Source: Planctomycetota bacterium (lineage in GTDB: Bacteria; Planctomycetota; B15-G4). Taken from it: 64,000 nt of DNA. Where the stretch lies: positions 64,001-128,000 of the forward strand of contig JBBQUR010000014.1 of assembly GCA_038212275.1 (NCBI GenBank), written 5' to 3'. The notes under the pieces were generated by a model. The model had not been told where the DNA came from. It saw only the letters and a list, made by a program, of their open reading frames with translations, and ran no database searches. Every line of letters begins with the position of its first letter. Positions within the stretch are counted from its first letter, which is position 1. Shown in pieces: positions 17,558 to 29,120 of this stretch. The translations under genes were made by a program, and so were the position numbers.

Positions 17558-20500
17558 TCAGCTCTGCGTGCGATAGGCCTCGTCCACCGGTCGCAGCGGG
17601 CGATTGAACCAGAGCGGGCGGCGCAGCCCGGACGGCCCCTTGCCGGGCCGCGTCCACGAGAGCCACTCGCGATAGACGGCCTGGCTCTTGTCCATGTCCA
17701 CGACCACGTCGCCGTAGGCATCGTCGGGGCCGGCCTTCACGACGCGCACCTTCTGGTGCCAGCAGTGCATGCCCGACACGGGGTCGGGATGCACGGCGTG
17801 CGTGATGTTCTGGTGCACGCCGCCGTCCTTCCACCAGATGCGGCGCGTGTCGGGGTCGGTGGTCTCGCCGGGCTGGGGCCCGGTCAGCGTGCGCATGCGC
17901 CAGCTCGAACCTTCCTTCGTGAACGCCACGGTGTTGACCGCCCAGCGATTCGCCTTCGGGTCCTGCTCGCGGCGCCAGCGCCCGATGTGGTGGCTGCAGC
18001 ACACGACGCCTGGCCGCACCGCCTCCGTCACCCAGACGCGATCCACGAAGTGACCGATCTCGGTCTCCACGCGCAGCAGATCGTCGGTGATCACGCCGAC
18101 GCGCGCGGCGTCCGACGTGTGCATCCAGATCGGGTTGCGGTGGCTGATCTCCGTGAGCCACTTGCTGTTGCTCGAGCGGCTGTGGATCAGATTGGGCAGG
18201 CGGAACGTCGGCAGCAGGCACATCTCGCCGCGTTCGCGGTCCAGGTTCTTCGGGTGCACGTGGCTGCGGATGTACGTCGGCACTGCGTACTCGGGCCAGC
18301 CCCACTCGGTCATCGTCGCCGAGAAGACCTCCTGGCGACCGGACGGCGTCGGGAAGCCCTTGCACGCGACGCCGTCCACCATGATGCCGAGCGTCGCGCC
18401 GTCGGCGCCGACGACGCGGCCGTCGTCCTCGGTGCGCGCCGCAGCCTGCACCGCTGCAGCGAGAGGCGTCTGGTGCTGCAGCAGCGCCGTCGTCTTCACC
18501 GCGAAGGCGCCGAAGCGCTTCATGTAGTCCAGCGGCGAGAGCTGCTCCTTGCGCGCGGCTTCCGGCAGGCCCGGCACGCGGTCGAAAATGTGGCCGTAGT
18601 AGTCGTCCACGCTGAGGCGCTGGCCCTTGCGCGCCGGGTCGGTGCTCTCGAAGTGCTTGCGGATGCCGAGCGAGCCGTCGGGATCGATCGCCCACGAGAG
18701 CGCGATCCAGAACTCGTCTTCCTCCCAGACCTCGCCGGGGTTGGCCTGCCACGTGAACTCGACGGGCCTGCCGAGGCGGCGCATGGCTTCGCGCAGCACG
18801 GGTTGGCGGAAGGCGATCCACACGCCATCGTGCGTCTCGTAGCTGTTGAGGTCATGGCGCTCGGGGCCGTGGCCCATCGGCAGCACGTAATCGGCGAGGA
18901 ATGCCGTCTCGTTCCAAGTGGGCGTGAGGGCGATGTGGCAGCCCACCTTCGCCTCGTCCGACAGCATCTCGATCCACGAGAAGCCGTCGGGATACGTCCA
19001 CACCGGGTTGAAGACGCGCGTGAAGTAGGTGTCCAGCTTCCCGCGGCCCTCGCGCAGGAAGTGCGGCAGCAGAAAGGACATCTCGTAGTGGCAGAGCGGC
19101 CATTCCTTCGGGAAGTGCAGCTCGTTCCACAGGCGCTGCGCCGGCGGATTGTTGGGCAGCTCGGGCACGAACTTGTTCCAGCCCGCGGGCGAAGTGCCGC
19201 CCTCCGTGCCGACGCTTCCGGTGAGCACGGACAGGAAGTGCAACGCGCGCGCGACCGCCCAGCCGCCGAGGTTGCCGCTGCCCGCCGCGCGCCAGGTGTG
19301 CGCCGCGAAGTGGCTGCCGGCCGCGCCGATGCGCCGCGCGACCGATGCGATCATCGCCGCATCGACGCCCGCCTCCGCCGCCGCAAACTCCGGCGTGTAC
19401 GCCGCGTAGTCCTCGATCAGCAGCGCGATGAAGTCCTCGAAGCGGGGTGCGTCGCCGCTGCTGCCGGCGGATGCGCCGGTCGTGGCGCCGGTCGTGGCGC
19501 CGGTCGAGGCGCCCGTCGCGGCACCGGTCGCGGCACCGGTCGTGGCGCCGGTCGCGGCGCCGAGCGAGCCGTCGCGAGTTGCACTGCGTGCTGCGGCCGG
19601 CGCGGCGCGGGATGCCGCGTGCCCGGTTGCGTCGGCGGTCGCAGAGTGCACTGCGCCATGGCCGGCGCCGTGCTGCGCCGCGGCGCCGAGCGTGCCGTCA
19701 GCCTGCTGCGCGCGGCGGTACCGCAGATAGTCGCGCCAGTTCACCCAGTTCTCGACGAAATGGCGGTCGTAGAGCCCTTCGGACAGCAGCACGCGCGCCA
19801 TCGCGAGCAGCACCGCGGCCTCGCTCCCGGGCATCGTCGGCAGCCAGTACGTGGCCATGCTCGCGGTGTTGCTGAGGCGCGGATCCATGACGGCCATCTC
19901 GGCGCCGGACTGCAGGCCCTCCATGATCCGCTGCGCGTGCGGATTGAAGTAGTGACCGGACTCCAGGTGCGCGGAGATGAGCAGGATGAAGCGCGCCTTG
20001 CTGTAGTCGGGCGAGGGGCGGTCGTACTTCTGCCAGAGCCCGTAACCGAAGCGCGCTGCGCCCGAGCAGACGTTCGTGTGGCTGTTGTGACCGTCGATGC
20101 CCCAGGCCTTGAGCACGCGGTCCATGTAGCCCTCGTGGCCCGGACGGCCGACGTGATACACGACCTCGTTGCGCCGCTCCTCGCGCAGCGCCTTCGCGAT
20201 GCGCCCGCCGATGTCGGCCAGCGCATCGGCCCAGCTCACGCGCTCCCACTGCCCGCTGCCGCGCGGCCCTTTGCGCTTGAGCGGATACAGGATGCGGTCG
20301 GGGTCCTTGACCTGGTTGATCGTGGCCGGACCCTTGGCGCAGGTGCGGCCGCGGCTCGCCGGGTGGCGCGGATTGCCCTCGAAGCGCGCGACGTCGAGCG
20401 TGTCCTTGTCCACGTAGGCGAGCAGGCCGCAGGCGCTCTCGCAGTTGAAGCACGTCGTCGGCACGAGCATGCGGCGACGGCGCACGCGCTCGGGCCAGCG

Positions 20501-20671
20501 GCCCGCGGCGTTCTCGAGCCAGTCGTCCCATTGCGACTCGGGCGGGAACGCGACGAGCCCGTTCGCGCCGGCGATGGACGGCAGGTCGGCCTCGCCACCG
20601 CCGAGGCGCGGTATGAGGCCGATGGATTCGGCCAGGCGTTCGACGAAGCGGCGCCGGTCCTTGAAGCTCAT
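17558..20671 (-). CDS. Molybdopterin (bis-MGD) oxidoreductase catalytic subunit, DMSO reductase superfamily
   Basis: TTCFNCESACG...CAKG Fe-S motif, RILYPLKR, HNSHTNVCS, NETAFLADYVLP, and a C-terminal MopB_CT-like IHSRS..WMHTSDA. ATGA overlap with the upstream gene. Confidence 0.92.
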   Translation of the reverse strand: MSFKDRRRFVERLAESIGLIPRLGGGEADLPSIAGANGLVAFPPESQWDDWLENAAGRWPERVRRRRMLVPTTCFNCESACGLLAYVDKDTLDVARFEGNPRHPASRGRTCAKGPATINQVKDPDRILYPLKRKGPRGSGQWERVSWADALADIGGRIAKALREERRNEVVYHVGRPGHEGYMDRVLKAWGIDGHNSHTNVCSGAARFGYGLWQKYDRPSPDYSKARFILLISAHLESGHYFNPHAQRIMEGLQSGAEMAVMDPRLSNTASMATYWLPTMPGSEAAVLLAMARVLLSEGLYDRHFVENWVNWRDYLRYRRAQQADGTLGAAAQHGAGHGAVHSATADATGHAASRAAPAAARSATRDGSLGAATGATTGAATGAATGASTGATTGATTGASAGSSGDAPRFEDFIALLIEDYAAYTPEFAAAEAGVDAAMIASVARRIGAAGSHFAAHTWRAAGSGNLGGWAVARALHFLSVLTGSVGTEGGTSPAGWNKFVPELPNNPPAQRLWNELHFPKEWPLCHYEMSFLLPHFLREGRGKLDTYFTRVFNPVWTYPDGFSWIEMLSDEAKVGCHIALTPTWNETAFLADYVLPMGHGPERHDLNSYETHDGVWIAFRQPVLREAMRRLGRPVEFTWQANPGEVWEEDEFWIALSWAIDPDGSLGIRKHFESTDPARKGQRLSVDDYYGHIFDRVPGLPEAARKEQLSPLDYMKRFGAFAVKTTALLQHQTPLAAAVQAAARTEDDGRVVGADGATLGIMVDGVACKGFPTPSGRQEVFSATMTEWGWPEYAVPTYIRSHVHPKNLDRERGEMCLLPTFRLPNLIHSRSSNSKWLTEISHRNPIWMHTSDAARVGVITDDLLRVETEIGHFVDRVWVTEAVRPGVVCCSHHIGRWRREQDPKANRWAVNTVAFTKEGSSWRMRTLTGPQPGETTDPDTRRIWWKDGGVHQNITHAVHPDPVSGMHCWHQKVRVVKAGPDDAYGDVVVDMDKSQAVYREWLSWTRPGKGPSGLRRPLWFNRPLRPVDEAYRTQS
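19473..19562. repeat. 12-bp tandem repeat (about 7.5 units, consensus gcRccggtcgYg) inside the Mo-enzyme gene
   Basis: gcgccggtcgtg x2, gcgccggtcgag, gcgcccgtcgcg, gcaccggtcgcg, gcaccggtcgtg, gcgccggtcgcg; encodes GA(A/T/S)T repeats. Confidence 0.9.
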
Positions 20672-22299
20672 GACATCGGCACCATCTGCGGCGCGCGCAC
20701 CCAGACGTCGTTGCGCATCACGAGCGACACGAGCGCGGCCAGCACAGCCACCCACCAGAATCCGAGCGAGCCCGGCAGCGGCCCCATCGGCAGCAACAGC
20801 AGCGCCAACAGGAGCACTGCAAGCGCCGCGCAGCCGACGAAGCCGATCCAGAAGCGCTTCGCGAGCGCGCCGGTGTGCATGAGCTGCGCGGCGCGCCCCG
20901 CCGCTGCGGTGCTGTGCGGCAGCGCGATCTCGGCCCACGCGAGCAGCAGGTCCGCCAGCAGCCCGGCGATGAGCAGGCCCGACGCCGTGAACATCAGGAG
21001 AGTGCGCGGATCGAGTTTGTCCGGGCCCGGCGTCACGAGTGGCAGCATGCACAGCAGGTACGTGGCCGCGCCGCCCGCGACGGCCGCGTGCACGAGCATG
21101 TGCAGCGGCGCGAGCGGGCTCTGCCACAGGTCACGGCCCTTGGCCTGCGCGAAGAGGAAGGCCGTGTAGATCGCCGTCGGGAAGCACAGCGCCAGCGTGA
21201 CCCACGCCAGCACGGCCTGCGCGGTTCCCCAGTTCATCCACACCGACAGCAGCCACGCGGAACTCGTCGCGCCCAGCGCGGAGAGAATCCACGCGCCGCG
21301 CACGAGCCAGCTCCGCGGATTGCCGCGCAGCAGCACGTAGAGGAAACGGTCGGGGCGATCGAGATCCGCGACGAGCAGCGCGCCGGTCGCGGCCTGCATG
21401 AGGAGCGAGAGCAGGCCGGCGGCGATCAGGGTCTCGCGCGGCACCTCCACGCCCAGCACGAGCAGCGCGAGCAGCGGCACGAGCAGCACGCCAGCCGCGA
21501 CGGCCTTCGTGGAGAGATAGGCGGACACCTCCCAGCCCCACAGCGTGCCGTTCTTCGGCGCGTCGTAGACCTTGCGCGGAATGCCCTTGCCGGCGCCCGC
21601 ACCGTCGGCGCCGAGGAAGCCCGCAACGCCGAGACCCGCGAGCGGGCGTTCTTCGGCCGTGCTCGTCGCGCAGCCGTGCCGGTCCGGCTTGCTCTCCACC
21701 GCGATGCTGCGCGGCTGGTTGTCGGTGGCCAGCGGCTCGAGCGCGGAGCGGTCGCCGTCGATGTAGTAGAGCGACGGCGAGGTGCCTTTCTCCGGGCGCC
21801 GCACCTGCACGGGTTGCGTGGCGAGCAGCTGGCTGATGAAGCTGCCCGCGTCCATCACGTCGCCGGAGACGATGGCCTGCTCGGGGCACGCCACGACGCA
21901 CGCCGGCTGCAGGCCGCGGTCCACGCGGTGGCTGCAGAAGTTGCACTTGGCCGCCGTGTGGCTGTTCGGGTCGATGTACAGCGCGTCGTAAGGGCAGGCC
22001 TGCATGCAGCCCTTGCAGCCGATGCAGCGCCGGTTGTCGAAGTCCACGATGCCGTCGTCGCGCGTGTAGAGCGCGGAGGTCGGGCAGATCTCCGTGCACG
22101 GCGCATCCGCGCAATGGTTGCAGCGCATGACGTGAAAGGAGCGGCGCACGTCCGGGAAGTCGCCGGTCTCCACCTGCTTGACCCAGGTGCGGTTCACGCC
22201 GATGGGCACGTCGTGCTCGGACTTGCAGGCCACGGTGCACGCGTGGCAGCCGATGCACTTGCGATTGTCGATCAGGAAGCCGAAACGAATGGGAGGCAC
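20668..22299 (-). CDS. Fused 4Fe-4S ferredoxin subunit and NrfD/PsrC-type membrane anchor
   Basis: CIGCHACTVAC, CNHCADAPCTEICP, CIGCKGCMQACPY and KCNFC..PACVVACP, then WGWEVSAYL and DLDRPDRF..SWLVRGAW with many TMs. Confidence 0.92.
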   Translation of the reverse strand: MPPIRFGFLIDNRKCIGCHACTVACKSEHDVPIGVNRTWVKQVETGDFPDVRRSFHVMRCNHCADAPCTEICPTSALYTRDDGIVDFDNRRCIGCKGCMQACPYDALYIDPNSHTAAKCNFCSHRVDRGLQPACVVACPEQAIVSGDVMDAGSFISQLLATQPVQVRRPEKGTSPSLYYIDGDRSALEPLATDNQPRSIAVESKPDRHGCATSTAEERPLAGLGVAGFLGADGAGAGKGIPRKVYDAPKNGTLWGWEVSAYLSTKAVAAGVLLVPLLALLVLGVEVPRETLIAAGLLSLLMQAATGALLVADLDRPDRFLYVLLRGNPRSWLVRGAWILSALGATSSAWLLSVWMNWGTAQAVLAWVTLALCFPTAIYTAFLFAQAKGRDLWQSPLAPLHMLVHAAVAGGAATYLLCMLPLVTPGPDKLDPRTLLMFTASGLLIAGLLADLLLAWAEIALPHSTAAAGRAAQLMHTGALAKRFWIGFVGCAALAVLLLALLLLPMGPLPGSLGFWWVAVLAALVSLVMRNDVWVRAPQMVPMS

Positions 22300-22444
22300 T
22301 CCGCGACGCGACGGACTCTGGCCACCGGCTCGCCCGAGTGGTCGGTGATGGCGAGCCGGAACTCTATCAAGCGGAGGCGCCTGACAGCGCGATCGTGTTT
22401 GCGCCCCGCACCGCCTCCGCGGTCAGCTTGGGCGGGTGCTGCGC

Positions 22445-23620
22445 TCAGGCCTTCGCCTTCGCGGACTCCAGGAAGCCGGCGAAACGCTTGAGCGCCTCGC
22501 GGATGTTCTCGACCGAGTTGGCGTACGAGAAACGCAGGAAGCCGTCGCCGTGCGCGCCGAAGGCCGTGCCGGAGAGGCACGCGACGCCGGCCTCGTCCAG
22601 CAGACGTGACGCGAGCACCTTGCTGGAGAAGCCCGTGCCGCGGATCTCGGGGAAGGCGTAGAAAGCGCCCTCGGGCTCGACGCAGTGCACGCCGTCCAGC
22701 GCGTTGAGCCCCGCGACGATCACGTCGCGCCGCTTGCGGAATTCGCCGACCATGTGATCCACGCTGCCCTGCGGGCCGTTCAGCGCCTCGACGCCGGCCA
22801 TCTGCGTCATCGCGGCCGTGCAGCTCGTCGCGTTGGTCTGCAGGCGCGCCATGACCGGCACGAACTCCGTCGGCATGATGCCGTAACCGAGACGCCAGCC
22901 TGTCATGGCGAAGGTCTTGGAGAAGCCGTCGAGCACGACCGTGCGCTCGGGGTCGGACCACTTGAGCAGCGTGTGGTGTTCGAAGCCGTAGGTGATCCGG
23001 CTGTAGATCTCGTCGGAGAGCACCCAGAGGCCGTGCTTCGCCGCGAGCTTGCCCACGGCCGCCAGGTCGTCGGCCGTCAGCATGCCGCCGGTCGGGTTCG
23101 CCGGCGAGTTGACGATGAGCAGCCTGGTGCGCGGCGTGATGAGCGACTCCAGCTCCGCAATGTCCACGCGGAAGTGGCGGTCGACGCGCAAGGGCAGCGG
23201 CACCGCCTTGGCGCCGCAGTAGTTGATCATCGATTCGTAGATCGGAAAGCCCGGATTCGGATAGATGGCCTCGTCGCCGGCCTCGAGCAGGGCCAGGCAC
23301 ATGAAGAACATGCACGGCTTGCCGCCGGGGAAGACGACGACCTGCTCGCCCTTTACGGGGACGCCGCGACGACGCGTGAAGTCCGCCGCGATCGCCTCGC
23401 GCAGCGCCGGCAGGCCTGCGGACGGTCCGTAGTGCGTGAAGCCCTTGCCGAGCGCATCCTGGCCAGCCTTCACGATGTTGGCCGGCGTGTCGAAATCGGG
23501 CTCGCCGATCTCGAGGTGCACGACGTTCCTGCCCTGGGCCTCGAGGGCGCGGGCGCGGGCGAGAACTTCAAAGGCCGTCTCGGTGCCGAGACGGGACATG
23601 CGGCTTGCGAGCTTCATCAT
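22445..23620 (-). CDS. PLP-dependent class I aminotransferase (aspartate aminotransferase-like)
   Basis: IGEPDF, NSPANPTG, SDEIY, GFSKTFAMTGWRLG, RFSYA. Confidence 0.95.
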   Translation of the reverse strand: MMKLASRMSRLGTETAFEVLARARALEAQGRNVVHLEIGEPDFDTPANIVKAGQDALGKGFTHYGPSAGLPALREAIAADFTRRRGVPVKGEQVVVFPGGKPCMFFMCLALLEAGDEAIYPNPGFPIYESMINYCGAKAVPLPLRVDRHFRVDIAELESLITPRTRLLIVNSPANPTGGMLTADDLAAVGKLAAKHGLWVLSDEIYSRITYGFEHHTLLKWSDPERTVVLDGFSKTFAMTGWRLGYGIMPTEFVPVMARLQTNATSCTAAMTQMAGVEALNGPQGSVDHMVGEFRKRRDVIVAGLNALDGVHCVEPEGAFYAFPEIRGTGFSSKVLASRLLDEAGVACLSGTAFGAHGDGFLRFSYANSVENIREALKRFAGFLESAKAKA

Positions 23621-23627
23621 CCCGGCA

Positions 23628-23657
23628 AGGATAGGTGGCCCCTTTGCGGGCGGTCAA
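23628..23657 (-). promoter_or_regulatory. Putative sigma70-type promoter, probably giving a leaderless mRNA
   Basis: Minus strand TTGACC-N18-TATCCT-N7-ATG. Confidence 0.6.
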
Positions 23658-23676
23658 CACGTCAGCTGGCTGGCGC

Positions 23677-23760
23677 GCTGGCCGACACGCCGGCCTGCAC
23701 GCCTGCCGACGCGCTTGCCGACACGCTGGTCGACTCGCTGGCCTGCACGCTGGCCGACTC
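23677..23760. repeat. Intergenic degenerate 12-bp tandem repeat, 7 units
   Basis: gctggccgacac gccggcctgcac gcctgccgacgc gcttgccgacac gctggtcgactc gctggcctgcac gctggccgactc. Confidence 0.85.
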
Positions 23761-23826
23761 CCAGGAATGGCAGTCGGGAGCGGCATGCTGGATCGGCGTC
23801 CGGCGGCGCTCCAGAATCGCGGACGC

Positions 23827-25080
23827 ATGCCGTCGCCCGAGAGTCCCGCCGCGCCGCATGCTGCCGCCGGCGCACACGCGGCGTCGCTGCGCCTGTTCCG
23901 CGCCTACGTCGCGCTGACCTTCGCCTTCGCCTGGGTGCCGGTCATGTACACGGCCTTCACCGTGGACAAGGGCTTCTCGCCGGCGCAGTACCTGCAACTC
24001 TGGTCGCTGTACTACGCGACCATGGTGCTGGCCGAGGTGCCCTTCGGCTGGGCCGCGGACCGCTGGGGCTGCCGGAGGCTGCTGCTCGCGGGGCCGTGCG
24101 TGCTGGCCGGCAGCTTCGTGCTGCTGGACGCCGCGCACAGCTTCACCGCGGCCGCCGTGGCGATGGTCGTCATCGGCGTGGGCCACGCGATGATCTCGGG
24201 CGCCGACTCGGCCTGGCTCTACGACCACCTCGTGGCGACCGGCCGGCGAGACCAGGCGCTGCACGAAGAGACCGTCGCCCACCGCTGGCGCCTGCTGGGC
24301 GTCTCGGTGCTGGACGTCGCGGGCGGTTCGATCGCTTTCTGGTTCGGAACCTCGGCCGCCTTCCGCCTGAGCGTCGCCGTCATGGTGGGGGCGGCTTTCC
24401 TCGCCTGGCGGCTGCCCTCCCCCGGCTCCCTGCCCGCCACGCATGCAGGGCCCCTCGCACTGCGGACGCTGCCTTCATGGGGCGGCACGCGGCGCGCCCT
24501 GAGTCAGCGGGGCGTCGGCTGGATCCTCGGCTGGTATCTGGCTGTCTTCGTGCTGCTGCGCCTGGGCTTCCAGCTCTACCAGCCCACGCTGCTGGCACTC
24601 GGCGAGCGCGACCTGCGGCTGCACGGTCTGCTGCTCGGCGGGCTCAACCTCGTGGCCGGACTGGCCGCGCTCTTCGTCGTGCGCGTGCACGCCCGGCTCG
24701 GCGAACGCGCCACGGCCGTCCTCGTGCTGCTCATGCTGGCGGCGTCCTTCAGCGGCCTTTCGTGGAACGTGGCCCTCGCGATGCCCTGGTTGTGCTGCCT
24801 GCAGCAGGTGGCCTTCGCGTTTCTCCAGCCTGTCGGGCGCACCGCTCTCAACCGCCGCATCGCCGGTGGTGAACGCGCCACCCTGCTCTCGGTGCAGAGC
24901 ATGCTCGCCCGCCTGGCCACCGCGGCGGCGCTTGCCTTCGGTCCGTGGCATGCCGCGCTCGACCAGAAGCTGCCGACCACGTACCGCACCCTCGCGCTGC
25001 TCTCGCTGCTGGGCGCGCTGCTCTTCCACGCAACGCACAAGCCGCGCGCCTCCGCACTTGAAACCGCCCCACCCGGCTGA
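23827..25080 (+). CDS. MFS transporter
   Basis: EVPFGWAADRWGCRRLL motif A, SGADSAWLYD, RATLLS; about 12 hydrophobic segments. Confidence 0.88.
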   Translation: MPSPESPAAPHAAAGAHAASLRLFRAYVALTFAFAWVPVMYTAFTVDKGFSPAQYLQLWSLYYATMVLAEVPFGWAADRWGCRRLLLAGPCVLAGSFVLLDAAHSFTAAAVAMVVIGVGHAMISGADSAWLYDHLVATGRRDQALHEETVAHRWRLLGVSVLDVAGGSIAFWFGTSAAFRLSVAVMVGAAFLAWRLPSPGSLPATHAGPLALRTLPSWGGTRRALSQRGVGWILGWYLAVFVLLRLGFQLYQPTLLALGERDLRLHGLLLGGLNLVAGLAALFVVRVHARLGERATAVLVLLMLAASFSGLSWNVALAMPWLCCLQQVAFAFLQPVGRTALNRRIAGGERATLLSVQSMLARLATAAALAFGPWHAALDQKLPTTYRTLALLSLLGALLFHATHKPRASALETAPPG

Positions 25081-25094
25081 AACCATCAGCCGGA

Positions 25095-26285
25095 ATGAGC
25101 ACACACCGCTTCCTGCCCGCGCTGATCGCCGCGCTCCTCATCGTGGCGATGGGTGGATGCTCGGCGCCTTCGAGCTCCAGGAGCAGCGCCTCGACGCCCT
25201 CCAGCAAGACGGTTGCCGCGATGGAGAAGCTGCTCGGCTCCGGCCGGCACGCGGAGGTCATCGACGGCGTCGAAGCCAGGCTGCCCGAGACGCGCGACCC
25301 GGTGCAGCGCGCGCAACTGGAAACACTGCGCGCCCGTGCGTTGCTCGCCGATGGCCGCGCGCGCTCAGCCCTGCTGTCGTTCCAGCGCGCCGAGCGCGAG
25401 CTGACGCGCCCCGACGCCGACGTGCTCCGGCAGATTCTGCAGGGCGAGGGTGATGCGGAGATGGCGTTGTCGCACTGGCGCGTCGCCATTCAGAACTACA
25501 GCAAGGCGCTCAAGATCGACGGGTTGTCGACTCGCCAGCGCGATGACCTCGCCTACTCGGCTTACATCGCGGCCTATCAGGCGGGCGACTCCTCGGTCTC
25601 CACGTGGCGCTCGCGCGTCAGGCTCTTCTCGGCCGATCGCGTCGCGACGCTCGAGAAGCGGCTCCTGCGCCTGCCGGAGCCGCCGCCGCCCGCGCCGCTC
25701 CTGGTGGTCGCGCCGGTCGTGGCTCCCGGGCAGATTCCCTCGGACCCGCAGGTGCTGCTCAAGGAGATTCACCGTCGCGGCGAATGGGGCGCCCGTCCGA
25801 TCACCGGCTCGTTCGACCCGATGAAGCCGATCACGCGCATCACGGTGCACCATTCCGCGGAGGTGACCAACGCCGAGTCGAACGCCGCGGTCGGCAGCGA
25901 CCTGCGCAACATGCAGGCCAGTCACCAGACCGGCAACAAGTGGGCCGACCTCGGCTATCACTTCGTGATCGATCCGAGCGGCGGCATCTGGGAAGGCCGC
26001 GCGCTCAAGTGGCAGGGCGCGCACGAAGGCGCTGGACTCAACCAGGGCGCCATCGGCATCTGCCTCATGGGCAACTTCGAGACGCAGCCGCTGCCGAGCG
26101 CACAGACCGCGGGCCTCGCGCGCCTGCTCGACGTGCTGTGCAAGCACTTCCGTGTCGATGCCGCGCACATCAAGACGCACCGCGAGGTGCGTCAGGAGCC
26201 GACCGACTGTCCCGGCGCGCCGCTGCAACGCTGGGTCGACGACTACCGTCGCGCGCATTCCTCGGCGGCCGTCGCGCGGAAGTAA
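25095..26285 (+). CDS. Lipoprotein with a TPR-like N-terminus and an Amidase_2 (PGRP/T7-lysozyme type) N-acetylmuramoyl-L-alanine amidase domain
   Basis: Lipobox MGG-C; ITVHHSA, WADLGYHFVID..IWEGR, GAH, IGICLMGNF, THREV, TDCPG. Confidence 0.9.
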   Translation: MSTHRFLPALIAALLIVAMGGCSAPSSSRSSASTPSSKTVAAMEKLLGSGRHAEVIDGVEARLPETRDPVQRAQLETLRARALLADGRARSALLSFQRAERELTRPDADVLRQILQGEGDAEMALSHWRVAIQNYSKALKIDGLSTRQRDDLAYSAYIAAYQAGDSSVSTWRSRVRLFSADRVATLEKRLLRLPEPPPPAPLLVVAPVVAPGQIPSDPQVLLKEIHRRGEWGARPITGSFDPMKPITRITVHHSAEVTNAESNAAVGSDLRNMQASHQTGNKWADLGYHFVIDPSGGIWEGRALKWQGAHEGAGLNQGAIGICLMGNFETQPLPSAQTAGLARLLDVLCKHFRVDAAHIKTHREVRQEPTDCPGAPLQRWVDDYRRAHSSAAVARK

Positions 26286-27196
26286 TCCAGCACGTCGCGC
26301 AGCGTGTCGCGCAGCACGCGCTGCGGAACGAAGCCGGTGTCGCGACGCAGCGTCTCCCCGCTTCCCAGGAAGACGGGCATGTCGAGCGCGCGCATCCGCG
26401 AGGGATCCTGCTCCACGCGCACATCCACCGTGCTGAGAGAGAGCAGCGTGTCCAGGATGTCCCTCATCACGACCGCGCGCCCGCTGCACACGTTGTAGGT
26501 CGCGTCGGGGCGCCCTGCCTGCGCAGCCAGCACGTAGCCGACGACCGTGTCGCGCACGTCGAGCAGGTCGCGCCGCGCCTCCAGATTGCCGACGCGCAGC
26601 ACCGGCTCCTGCAGCCCTTGCTCGATGCGTGCGACCTGCTGCGCAAAGGCGCTGGCCACGAAGTCAGGCGACTGCCCCGGCCCCACGTGATTGAAGGGCC
26701 GCAGGATCACGACGGACACGCCGCGGGCGCGGGCGTGGTGACCGGCCATCTCCGCGGCGGCCTTGCTCACGGCGTAGACCGTGGTCGGCGCAAGCGGCGC
26801 GTCTTCGGTGACGGGCAGCGCGGCCTCCGTCACGCGTCCGTAGACCTCGGCGCTGGAGACGAGCAGCACGCGCGTGGCCGGCGAAGCCGAGACGCAGGCC
26901 TCGAGCACGGCGCGCGTGCCGCCGAAGTTGACCGCGAGGCACGCGTCCGGCGCCTGCTCGGCCTTGCCCACGTGCGCGAAACCCGCAAGGTGGAACAACC
27001 AGTCGGGTCGCAGCTGCCCGATGAGCGCGCGACACGCGGCCGCGTCGGTCACGTCGAGGAGATGATGCCGCGCCGCGTCGGTCGGCTTCTCCACGGAGTG
27101 CAGGTCCGCGGCGTGCGCCTCGTGGCCCGCCGCACGCAGCGCGTCGAGCAGGTGGCGGCCGGCGAATCCGGCGCCCCCGGTGACGAGCGCGCGCAC
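26243..27196 (-). CDS. GDP-4-keto-6-deoxy-D-mannose reductase-like extended SDR (Rmd-like)
   Basis: TGGAGFAG, SSAEVYG, YAVSK, RPFNHVGPGQS, VGNLEARRD; directly downstream of gmd. Confidence 0.85.
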   Translation of the reverse strand: MRALVTGGAGFAGRHLLDALRAAGHEAHAADLHSVEKPTDAARHHLLDVTDAAACRALIGQLRPDWLFHLAGFAHVGKAEQAPDACLAVNFGGTRAVLEACVSASPATRVLLVSSAEVYGRVTEAALPVTEDAPLAPTTVYAVSKAAAEMAGHHARARGVSVVILRPFNHVGPGQSPDFVASAFAQQVARIEQGLQEPVLRVGNLEARRDLLDVRDTVVGYVLAAQAGRPDATYNVCSGRAVVMRDILDTLLSLSTVDVRVEQDPSRMRALDMPVFLGSGETLRRDTGFVPQRVLRDTLRDVLDYFRATAAEECARR

Positions 27197-27197
27197 G

Positions 27198-29108
<1,911 letters not shown>

Positions 29109-29120
29109 TCACGCTTCGGT

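Noticed and set aside
17756..21169. 1137-aa plus-strand ORF and similar long alternative-frame ORFs (e.g. 58497-61706)
   Set aside because: They overlap well-supported genes, are low-complexity Arg/Ala/Gly-rich and have no recognisable domains.
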